Program-made: the position numbers and the translations under genes | Shown here: positions 40,239-50,994 of the stretch, piece by piece | Layout: every line of letters begins with the position of its first letter | Numbering within the stretch: the stretch's first letter is position 1 | Assembly: GCA_010909165.1 (NCBI GenBank) | Contig: MU008169.1 | Coordinates: 1,426,001-1,490,000, forward strand | Direction of reading: 5' to 3' | Source of the DNA: Anthoceros angustus | Taxonomy: Eukaryota; Plantae; Anthocerotophyta | DNA length: 64,000 nucleotides | Notes under the pieces: model-generated | The model's database searches: none | What the model was told of the DNA's origin: nothing | The model's input: the letters and a program-made list of their open reading frames with translations, nothing else

Positions 40239-40905
40239 TTGGTTGCACCTATATATCTGCGTATTCGATTTGTTGCTTGGTTGTTGGTCGAGGAAGTGCT
40301 TATATGAATTCAAGTGCTTACCTCGCGACAGCCATGCCGTGTGATACTAATCTGCACTTGGGTTTAGTGTTTGATTAGCATTAATTAATCTAATTACTTA
40401 TCTTTAAGTAAGTAATTAGTGTTAATTAATCTAAGGTGCTTATGCTAATTAAGCATTGATTAGTGTTAATTAAACTAATGTGCTTATGCTAATTAAGCAT
40501 TGATTAGTGTTAATTAATCTAATGTGCTTATGTTAATTGAGCATTGATTAGTGTTATTTAGACATGGTTAGCAATAGCTAAGTGGATAACCTCAAGTAAT
40601 ATGCTTGGCATATTCCTTGCACATTATAGTGTATTCTTAGGATATTTCGCATACCGATGCCAATAGGATATCTTAGGAATATGCCGATGCGTGGTCTAGT
40701 ATATAGACCCTTCCATTGAGGACAAGCTCGGATCATAGCTTGTCCTCTAGATATGCAATGCAAGAGCGCTTGTGAGGAGGCCAAAGCTATGACTCAGGAG
40801 GCGATGTGTGAGGAATTTGCGTGTTGTTCTCGTGGGGAGAGTGTGTTTGTGCCACGACGTGCGAGCTACTCCCTCCTGTTGTTACAAGCTATGATCGCTA
40901 TGATC
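40239..40905 (+). repeat. 3' LTR, truncated (~660 bp), with its first ~93 bp inverted
   Basis: 40239-40330 is the reverse complement of 34694-34789; the remainder is a direct repeat. It ends in a 9-bp duplication (GCTATGATC)x2. Confidence 0.85.
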
Positions 40906-42043
40906 GTTTTGACAAGAGGTGGCCTACGTCAAGCATGTGGACAAATAGGTTATGATGTCATATTGGAATAGTACAAGTAACATGACTTGCAAAAAGTAAA
41001 TATCTTACCGCATAAAAAGCATACTCATCATCGTTGGTCGGTACCAGCTCCTCCTTTCAGCTTTTGACAAGAGGTCCCCTCGTCAAGCATGTGGACAAAT
41101 GGGTTCTGATGTCATATTGGAATAGTACTTACAAGTAGTAACATGACTTACAAACCAAAACAAACAAAATCTTACGGATAAGAGCATACTCATCGTTGGT
41201 CGGTGGCGGCACTTGCCCCGATGCATATCGACCATGTAGCCAAAGATACCACATTATGGATATCACGACCATATAGACTTCGTCAAAACCAAGCCACCCA
41301 CAAATCGCGCTATGGTTCCTTGCCCATGACACTTGCGTGTTTGATTGAGCTTGGCAAATATAGTAAAACTCCCACATTTGGTGCTCGTAGCTCTCGTTAT
41401 CTCCAACAAACCACTTGTCGTGCTCTAAGCCAATCTTGGAATAATCCACATTATCGCAAGGTCCGGGCAAGAATCTTTGTACAATAGACAAAACGCAATA
41501 GCACACAAAATAAGTCATAAAGAGTAATTGCATTTTACGCAAATTACGACATGTTTCAAAAGCTTACGAAATTTATCATCTCGTCCATAATCTCGAGCAA
41601 TTAAAGGTTAACATTGTCCCAAACTTTTGAAGACGTGGGACATTTTTGTCGCCACCAACTAATACGCCTATAGCGGCAAATGAACCCCAAGACCACAATC
41701 ATCCAACTAGACGCGTTGCATCCCGCCATGGCTATCACTAATACCAAGAGGTCTTTGCTTAAAATTCAAGCAAGAAAGGAGTAATGCTCATACCACATCT
41801 TGCCACATATATATAGCCTCTAACAAGTTTTGGTCTTGATGTTTTGTTTCAAAATTGAAAGGATGGCAAGGTTTTGTTTTGTTTTAAATGAAGCTTTGAT
41901 TAACAAGGTCTTTTGAAGAAAATGGGATGGGTTTTTTTTTTGTTTTTTTTTTTCAAACTTTCCAAGACTTGGCAATTGCACATCTTGATTGCTAGTAATT
42001 AATAGGGATAGGCGGATCTCCGTGAAGAGGCTCCAATTGGGCC

Positions 42044-42398
42044 TTTGGTGCTCGTAGCTCTCGTTATCTCCAACAAACCACTTGTCGTGCTCTAAGCCAA
42101 TCTTGGAATAATCCACATTATCGCAAGGCAGGCAAGAATCTTTGTCTGTACAATAGACAAAACGCAATAGCACACAAAATAAGTCATAAAGAGTAATTGC
42201 ATTTTACGCAAATTACGACATGTTTCAAAAGCTTACGAAATTTATCATCTCGCGTCCATAATCTCCGAGCAATTAAAGGTTAACATTGTCCCAAACTTTT
42301 GAAGGCGTGGGACATTTTTGTCGCCACTAACACATACTGCGCTGTGCCTGCAACCCCAAGACCACAATCATCCAACTAGACGCGTTGCATCCCGCCAT
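42044..42398 (-). pseudogene. Extra partial array gene copy (exon 1 and the first part of exon 2) from an internal ~670-bp duplication
   Basis: Junction at the TTTG microhomology 42044-42047; ATG at 42398. Confidence 0.6.
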
Positions 42399-44018
42399 GG
42401 CTATCACTAATACCAAGAGGTCTTTGCTTAAAATTCAAGCAAGAAAGGTGTAATGCTCATACCACATCTTGCCACATATATATATAGCCTCTAACAAGTT
42501 TTGGTCTTGATGTTTTGTTTCAAAATTGAAAGGATGGCAAGGTTTTGTTTTTGTTTTAAATGAAGCTTTGATTAACAAGGTCTTTTGAAGAAAATGGGAT
42601 GGGTTTTTTTGTTTCAAACTTTCCAAGACTTGGCAATTGCACATCTTGATTGCTAGTAATTAATAGGGATAGGCGGGCGGATCTCCGGAAGAGGCTCCAA
42701 TTGGGCCTTTGCAGAACTCGTCCCAACTACATGTCGCGGTGAGTGTGAGGGCTGGGGGAGAAAAGCGTAGTGTTGAGAAGAGACAATCAAGGGGCAAGAG
42801 TTTGAGTTGCCGACCGTCCTCTTGGTTGTTGAGGACTTAGATGTTGTGGTGATGGCGGGATGACTTTCGGCCTTGGACTTCTATTCCCTTGGAGGAGGAC
42901 GTCTTCAACTCGCCGTTGTGGTATGTATGGTGGATGTGTAGAGGTTAGATCGAACTCAAGGACGAGGTAGAATTTCAAGGCACTCGGCAAATGTTTGCAC
43001 CAAATGAAACATCAAGGCGCACGTTGGGCTATGTACTACGTCTGCAGGAGGTGGGTCGAGAATAACTAACTTTTGAAAACAAGAAGGTCAATACTTATAT
43101 TTCTATTTTGAGAGTTTCAACATTCTCTCAAATATTGCTATCGATTTTAACATTTATTAAAATTCATACTTACTTAGAACCAAGCATGTACCTCCCCAAA
43201 GAAACCCTTGTCTCCCAATCAAACCCTAGTTTCATCGAGCCTTCTTCTTTGGGAAAGCACTGCAAGGCCTCCAAGAATGAGCGTGGGAGACCGGTGTCCC
43301 ATGAGGCCCTCCACGACCCGCTCCCCAATTCCACAACCAGCTCGACAAGCTGGCCTCCCACTCGCCCTCTCGCTCACAGAGATTCTCACCTTTTCTAGAG
43401 TCCGCATGTGCACTGGTGTTTTCGCTTTTGGCGGTTTCTAGTGATCGTTTCTAGAGTCCCATTTTGAGTTATTTAATTTCCAAAATTCATTATTTTACAT
43501 TTCAATTAATTTCCAAGCACTCTTCGTGGTACGGTAGTTAGCTCCATTGCTTCGTGCATTCCCACCTTCTCAATCCAATTAAAAGATCTCTTTTATGGTT
43601 TTGAAGTCCAATTGATATAGATCATAACTCGGAAGTGGTTCGGAGGTTTGAGCCGCATACCTACATACCTACATAGTTACATGGTATATAATAAGAACAA
43701 CAAACACTTTATGGGTCCGACAAAACTACCAACGACGCGGCGCGTCAGGAACGCCCTCGAATTCCATACTCAGCTCTTGTCGACCACCGAGCACATTGAC
43801 ATACCACGCCAAGCCTCCTCGTGCGGGCGACAAGCAACAATTGTTGTTCTAGTAAATTTTGAGGTCAATTGAGCGTTTTGAGGCTAGCTTTAGTTTGGAG
43901 TTTTGGGGCTTATCACAAGTTTCCTCAAATCCTTAATTGTCTCAAAACGCGTTTTCACCAATACATATTCGAGCTATCATATTGAATGAAAGTCACACTA
44001 TGTTCTAGACATATACCC

Positions 44019-44879
44019 TCATGGATCGATCTCCTCCTTTTCGTTTTGACAAGAGGTGGCCTCGTCAAGCATGTGGACAAATAGGTTATGATGTCATATT
44101 GGAATAGTACAAGTAACATGACTTGCAAAAGTAAATATCTTACCGCATAAAAGCATACTCATCATCGTTGGTCGGTACCAGCTCCTCCTTTTCAGCTTTT
44201 GACAAGAGGTCCCCTCGTCAAGCATGTGGACAAATAGGTTACGATGTCATATTGGAATAGTACAAGTAGTAACATGACTTACAAACCAAAACAAAAAAAA
44301 TCTTACCGGATAAGAGCATACTCATCGTTGGTCGGTAGCGGCACTTGCCCCCGATGCATATCAGACCATGTAGCCAAAGATACCACATTATGGATATCAT
44401 GACCATATAGACTTTCGTCAAAACCAAAGCCACCCACAAAGCGCGCTATGGTTCCTTGCCCATGACACTTGCCAGTGTTTGATTGAGCTTGGCAAATATA
44501 GTAAAAACTCCCACATTTCAGGTGCTCGTAGCTCTCGTTATCTCCAACAAACCACTTGTCGTGCTCTAAGCCAATCTTGGAATAATCCACATTATCGCAA
44601 GGTGCAGGCAAGAATCTTTGTACAATAGACAAAACGCAATAGCACACAAAATAAGTCATAAAGAGTAATTGCGGGCATTTCATAAATTACGACATGTTTC
44701 AAAAGCTTACGGAAATTTATCATCTCGCGTCCATAATCTCCGAGCGAATTAAAGGTTAACATTGTCCCAAACTTTTGAAGGCGTGGGACATTTTTGTCGC
44801 CAACTAATCTGACGCCTATAGCGCTGCACAAGAACCCCAAGACCACAATCATCCAACTAGACGCGTTGCATCCCGCCAT
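44019..44879 (-). CDS. Array gene, unit 12 (reference copy): 4-exon putative secreted protein, ~195 aa
   Basis: Exons at about 44879-44711, 44615-44307, 44213-44144 and 44060-44019. GCCATGG start context, three GTAAG donors, and introns of ~85-100 bp ending in AG. Exons 1 and 2 are each open in the ORF track (44592..44897 and 44303..44683). The N-terminus MAGCNASSWMIVVLGFLCSAIG is hydrophobic. Confidence 0.65.
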
Positions 44880-44957
44880 GGCTATCACTAATACCAAGAG
44901 GTCTTTGCTTAAAATTCAAGCAAGAAAGGTGTAATGCTCATACCACATCTTGCCACA

Positions 44958-44965
44958 TATATATA
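44958..44965 (-). promoter_or_regulatory. TATA box of the array gene (conserved in every promoter-bearing unit)
   Basis: CTATATATATG on the minus strand ~80 bp upstream of the ATG. Confidence 0.6.
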
Positions 44966-46505
44966 GCCTCTAACAAGTTTTGGTCTTGATGTTTTGTTTC
45001 AAAATTGAAAGGATGGCAAGGTTTTGTTTTGTTTTAAATGAAGCTTTGATTAACAAGGTCTTTTGAAGAAAATGGGATGGGTTTTTTTTTTGTTTCAAAC
45101 TTTCCAAGACTTGGCAATTGCACATCTTGATTGCTAGTAATTAATAGGGATAGGCGGGGCGGATCTCGGGAAGAGGCTCAATTGGGCCTTTGCGTAACTC
45201 GTCCCAACTACATGTCGCGGTGAGTGTGAGGGGGGGGAGAAAAGCATAGTGTTGAGAAGAGACAATCAAGGGGCAAGAGTTTGAGTTGGTCGACTGTCCT
45301 CTTGGTTGTTGAGGACTTAGATGTTGTGGTGATGGCGGGATGACTTTCGCCTTGGACTTCTATTCCCTTGGAGGAGGGCGTCTTCAACTCGTTGTGGTAT
45401 GTATGGTGGATTGTGTAGAGGTTAGATCGAACTCAAGGACGAGGTAGAATTTCAAGGCACTCGGCAAATGTTTGCACCAAATGAAACATCAAGGCGCACG
45501 TTGGGCTATGTACTACGTCTGCACCAGAGGTGGTTCGAGAATAACTAACTTTTGAAAAGCAGTAAGGTCAATACTTATATTTCTATTTTTGAGAGTTTCA
45601 ACATTCTCTCAAATATTGCTATGATTTTAACATTTATTAAAATTCATACTTACTTAGAACCAAGCACATGTACCTCCCCAAAGAAACCCTTGTCTCCCAA
45701 TCAAACCCTAGTTTCATCGAGCCTTCTTCTTTGGGAAAGCAGCAAGGCCTCCAAGAATGAGCCGTGGGAGACCGGTGTCCCGAGGCCTCCACGACCCGCT
45801 CCCCAATTCCACAACCAGCTCCCGACAAGCTGGCCTCCCACTCGCCCTCTCGCTCACAGATTCTCACCTTTTCTAGAGTCCGCATGTGCACGTGTTTTCT
45901 CGCTTTTGGCTTTCTAGTGATCGTTTCTCGAGTCCGGCATTTTGAGTTATTTAATTTCCAAAAATTCATTATTTTACATTTCAATTAATTTCCGCAAGCA
46001 CTCTTCGTGGTACGGTAGTTAGCTCCATTGCTTCGTGCATTCCCACCTTCTCAATCCAATTAAAAGATCTCTTTTATGGTTTTGAAGTCCAATTGATATA
46101 GATCATAACTCTGGAAGTGGTTCGAGGTTTGAGCACTGCATACCTACATATATACATAGTTACATGGTATATAATAAGAACAACAAACACTTTATGGGTC
46201 CGACAAAACTACCAACGACGTGCGCGGCCGCAGGAACACAGCTCCTCGAATTCCATACTCGCAGCTCTTGTCGACCACCGAGCACATTGACATACCACGC
46301 CAAGCCTCCTCGTGCGGAGCGACAAGCAACAATTGTTGTTCTAGTAAATTTTGAGGTCAATTGAACGTTTTTGAGGCTAGCTTTAGTTTGGAGTTTTGGG
46401 GCTTATCACAAGTTTCCTCAAATCCTTAATTGTCAACGTTTTCACCAATACATATTCGAGCTATCATATTGAATGAAAGTCACACTATGTTCTAGACATA
46501 TACCC

Positions 46506-47367
46506 TCATGGATCGATCTCCTCCTTTTCGTTTTGACAAGAGGTGGCCTCGTCAAGCATGTGGACAAATAGGTTATGATGTCATATTGGAATAGTACAAG
46601 TAACATGACTTGCAAAAAGTAAATATCTTACCGCATAAAAAGCATACTCATCATCGTTGGTCGGTACCAGCTCCTCCTTTTCAGCTTTTGACAAGAGGTC
46701 CCCTACGTCAAGCATGTGGACAAATAGGTTACGATGTCATATTGGAATAGTACTTACAAGTAGTAACATGACTTACAAACCAAAACAAACAAAATCTTAC
46801 CGGATAAGAGCATACTCATCGTTGGTCGGTAGCGGCACTTGCCCCCGATGCATATCAGACCATGTAGCCAAAGATACCACATTATGGATATCATGACCAT
46901 ATAGACTTTCGTCAAAACCAAAGCCACCCACAAAGCGCGCTATGGTTCCTTGCCCATGACACTTGCCGGTGTTTGATTGAGCTTAGCAAATATAGTAAAA
47001 CTCCCACATTTCGGTGCTCGTAGCTCGTTATCTCCAACAAACCACTTGTCGTGCTCTAAGCCAATCTTGGAATAATCCACATTATCGCAAGGTCCGGGCA
47101 AGAATCTTTGTACAATAGACAAAAGCATAATAGCACACAAAATAAGTCATAAAGAGTAATTGCGGCATTTTACAAATTACGACATGTTTCAAAAGCTTAA
47201 AATTTATCATCTCGCGTCCATAATCTCCGAGCAATTAAAGGTTAACATTGTCCCAAACTTTTGAAGGCGTGGGACATTTTTGTCGCCACCAACTAATCTG
47301 ACGCCTATAGCGGCGCTGTAACCCCAAGACCACAATCATCCAACTAGGCAGCGTTGCATCCCGCCAT
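46506..47367 (-). CDS. Array gene, unit 13
   Basis: Collinear copy; shows the TGACGTAG acceptor before exon 3 (46703-46704). Confidence 0.58.
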
Positions 47368-48984
47368 GGCTATCACTAATACCAAGAGGTCTTTGCTTAA
47401 AATTCAAGCAAGAAAGGTGTAATGCTCATACCACATCTTGCCACATATATATAGCCTCTAACAAGTTTTGGTCTTGATGTTTTGTTTCAGAATTCGAAAG
47501 GATGGCAAGGTTTTGTTTTGTTTTAAATGAAGCTTTGATTAACAAGGTCTTTTGAAGAAAATGGGATGGGTTTTTTTTTTTGTTTTTTCAAACTTTCCAA
47601 GACTTGGCAATTGCACATCGATTGCTAGTAATTAATAGGATAGGCGGGGCGATCTCGGAAGAGGCTCCAATTGGGCCTTTGTAACTCGTCCCAACTACAT
47701 GTCGCGGTGAGTGTGAGGCGGGGAGAAAAGCATAGTGTTGAGAAGAGACAATCAAGGGCAAGAGTTTGAGTTGGTCGCCGACTCGTCCTCTTGGTTGTTG
47801 AGGACTTAGATGTTGTGGTGATGGCGGATGACTTTCGGCCTTGGACTTCTATTCCCTTGGAGGAGGACGTCTTCAACTCGCCGTTGTGGTATGTATGGTG
47901 GATGTGTGTAGAGGTTAGATCGAACTCAAGGACGAGGTAGAATTTCAAGGCACTCGGCAAATGTTTGCACCAAATGAAACATCAAGGCGCGTTGGGCTAT
48001 GTACTACGTCTGCACTCGAGAGGTGGTTCGAGAATAACTAACTTTTGAAAAGCAGTAAGGTCAATACTTATATTTCTATTTTTGAGAGTTTCAACATTCT
48101 CTGCAAATATTGCTATCAGATTTTAACATTTATTAAAATTTATACTTACTTAGAACCAAGCACATGTACCTCCCCAAAGAAACCCTTGTCTCCCAATCAA
48201 ACCCTAGTTTCATCGAGCCTTCTTCTTTGGGAAAGCGATGCAAGGCCTCCAAGAATGAGCGTGGGAGACCGGTCCATGAGGCCTCCACGACCGCTCCCCA
48301 ATTCCACAACCAGCTCCCGACAAGCTGGCCTCCCACTCGCCCTCTCGCTCACAGTAGATTCTCACCTTTTCTAGAGTCCGCATGTGCACTGGTGTTTTCG
48401 CTTTTGGCGGTTTCTAGTGATCGTTTCTCGAGTCCGGCATTTGAGTTATTTAATTTCCAAAATTCATTATTTTACATTTCAATTAATTTCAGCAAGCACT
48501 CTTGTAATGCAGTAGTTAGCTCCATTGCTTCGTGCATTCCCACCTTCTCAATCCAATTAAAAGATCTCTTTTATGGTTTTGAAGTCCAATTGATATAGAT
48601 CATAACTCGAAGTGGTTCGAGGTTTGAGCCTTGCATACCTACATACCTACATAGTTACATGGTATATAATAAGAACAACAAACACTTTATGGGTCCGACA
48701 AAACTACCAACGGCGTGCGGACCGCCTCCCTAATTCCATACTCAGCTCTTGTCGACCGAGCACATTGACATACCACGCCAAGCCTCCTCGTGCGGGCGAC
48801 AAGCAACAATTGTTGTTCTAGTAAATTTTGAGGTCAATTGAGCGTTTTGAGGCTAGCTTTAGTTTGGAGTTTTGGGGCTTATCACAAGTTTCCTCAAATC
48901 CTTAATTGTCGAAAACGTTTTCACCAATACATATTCGAGCTATCATATTGAATGAAAGTCACACTATGTTCTAGACATATACCC

Positions 48985-49849
48985 TCATGGATCGATCTCC
49001 TCCTTTTCGTTTTGACAAGAGGTGGCCTCGTCAAGCATGTGGACAAATAGGTTATGATGTCATATTGGAATAGTACAAGTAACATGACTTGCAAAAGTAA
49101 ATATCTTACCGCATAAAAAGCATACTCATCATCGTTGGTCGGTGCCCTCCTCCTTTTCAGCTTTTGACAAGAGGTCCCCTCGTCAAGCATGTGGACAAAT
49201 AGGTTACGATGTCATATTGGAATAGTACTTACAAGTAGTAACATGACTTACAAACCAAAACAAACAAAATCTTACGGATAAGAGCATACTCATCGTTGGT
49301 CGGTGGCGGCACTTGCCCCGATGCATATCAAACCATGTAGCCAAAGATACCACATTATGGATATCACGACCATATAGACTTTCGTCAAAACCAAGCCACC
49401 CACAAATCGCTATGGTTCCTTGCCCATGACACTTGCCGGTGTTTGATTGAGCTTGGCAAATATAGTAAAACTCCCACATTTCGTGTGCTCGTAGCTCTCG
49501 TTATCTCCAACAAACCACTTGTCGTGCTCTAAGCCAATCTTGGAATAATCCACATTATCGCAAGGTCTGGGCAAGAATGCTGTACAATAGACAAAACGCA
49601 ATAGCACACAAAATAAGTCATAAAGAGTAATTGCAGGCATTTTACGCAAATTACACGACATGTTTCAAAAGCTTACGGAAATTTATCATCTCGCGTCCAT
49701 AATCTCCGAACGAATTAGAGGTTAACATTGTCCCAAACTTTTGAAGACGTGGGACATTTTTGTCGCCACCAACTAATACAGCGCCTATAGCGCTGCACAA
49801 ACAGAACCCCAAGACCACAATCATCCAACTAGACGTTGCATCCCGCCAT
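48985..49849 (-). CDS. Array gene, unit 14
   Basis: Collinear copy. Exon 1 ends TTC C|gtaag (49677) and exon 2 starts tacag|CA TTC (49579), a phase-compatible junction. Confidence 0.6.
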
Positions 49850-50994
49850 GGCTATCACTAATACCAAGAGGTCTTTGCTTAAAATTCAAGCAAGAAAGGT
49901 GTAATGCTCATACCACATCTTGCCACATATATATAGCCTCTAACAAGTTTTGGTCTTGATGTTTTGTTTCAAAATTGAAAGGATGGCAAGGTTTTGTTTT
50001 GTTTTAAATGAAGCTTTGATTAACAAGGTCTTTTGAAGAAAATGGGATGGGTTTTTTTTTTGTTTCAAACTTTCCAAGACTTGGCAATTGCACATCTGAT
50101 TGCTAGTAATTAATAGGGATAGGCGGGGCGGATCTCGTGAAGAGGCTCCAATTGGGCCTTTGCGTAACTCGTCCCAACTACATGTCGGTGAGTGTGAGGG
50201 GCTGGCGGGAGAAAAGCGTAGTGTTGAGAAGAGACAATCAAGGGGCAAGAGTTTGAGTTGGTCGACTCGTCCTCTTGGTTGTTGAGGACTTAGATGTTGT
50301 GGTGATGGCGGGATGACTTTCGGCCTTGGACTTCTATTCCCTTGGAGGGAGGACGTCTTCAACTCGCCGTTGTGGTATGTATGGTGGATGTGTGTAGAGG
50401 TTAGATCGAACTCAAGGACGAGGTAGAATTTCAAGGCACTCGGCAAATGTTTGCACCAAATGAAACATCAAAGCACGTTGGGCTATGTACTACGTCTGCA
50501 CGAGAGGTGGGTCGAGAATAACTAACTTTTGAAAACAGTAAGGTCAATACTTATATTTCTATTTTTGAGAGTTTCAACATTCTCAAATATTGCTATCGAT
50601 TTTAACATTTATTAAAATTCATACTTACTTAGAACCACATGTACCTCCCCCAAAGAAACCCTTGTCTCCCAATCAAACCCTAGTTTCATCGAGCCTTCTT
50701 CTTTGGGAAAGCAGCCTGCAAGGCCTCCAAGAATGAGCCGCGTGGGAGACCAGTGTCCTGCCGACAAGCTCGGCCTCCCAATGGCTAGTTGTTAATGTTG
50801 TAGGGGGTTACACCACATTGAAAATCGCTAGTTGTTTGTGCCCTGGAGAGGGTACTCCAGATTTAAAAAATTCCTTAGTGTGGGACTTCTATATATACTC
50901 TGAAGTAGAATTCTCTAAATAAACGTATATTGCTATCCAACTCACCGTTTTTTGTTTTGCATTAGAACGTCAAACACTTTTTAGGACGTGGTTT

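Larger units (their letters stand above)
34694..40905 (+). mobile_element. Ty3/gypsy-type LTR retrotransposon carrying a C5 DNA methyltransferase; internally deleted and 3'-truncated
   Basis: Order of parts: 5' LTR, PBS-like site, gag with two CCHC knuckles, aspartic protease, DNMT3-like domain, pre-RT stub, PHD remnant, PPT, partial 3' LTR. Confidence 0.9.
34551..41729 (-). pseudogene. Array gene, unit 11, interrupted by the DNMT-carrying LTR retrotransposon
   Basis: ATG at 41729. Exon 4 runs into the element at ~40904; the stop-containing end lies on the other side at 34551-34693. Confidence 0.65.
6429..50779. repeat. Tandem array of 14 units of a ~2.48-kb gene-containing repeat
   Basis: The marker CTTATCACAAGTTTCCTCAAATCC (2 bp shorter at 29210) starts at 6429, 15382, 17858, 19011, 21457, 23592, 25739, 27898, 29210, 32301, 34442, 43909, 46402 and 48878. 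Full units are 2446-2493 bp and the common deletion variant is 2135-2159 bp. Homology ends at ~50779. Confidence 0.97.

Noticed and set aside
34694-40330. DIRS-type inverted terminal repeats
   Set aside because: The element has a protease, a PPT, direct LTR identity and TG...CA LTR ends, and no tyrosine recombinase; the inverted piece is a local inversion.
44307-44879. Beta/gamma-crystallin or MiAMP1-like fold for the array protein
   Set aside because: The resemblance depends on a frame-ambiguous segment and is too weak to claim without structure prediction.
45704-45711. Telo-box AAACCCTA present once per array unit
   Set aside because: A single common 8-mer far from the TATA box, with no supporting evidence of function.
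6429-50779. CRISPR-like or rDNA/5S/snRNA interpretation of the array
   Set aside because: The context is eukaryotic, the units are kilobase-long with no unique spacers, and no rRNA, tRNA or snRNA sequence was recognised.
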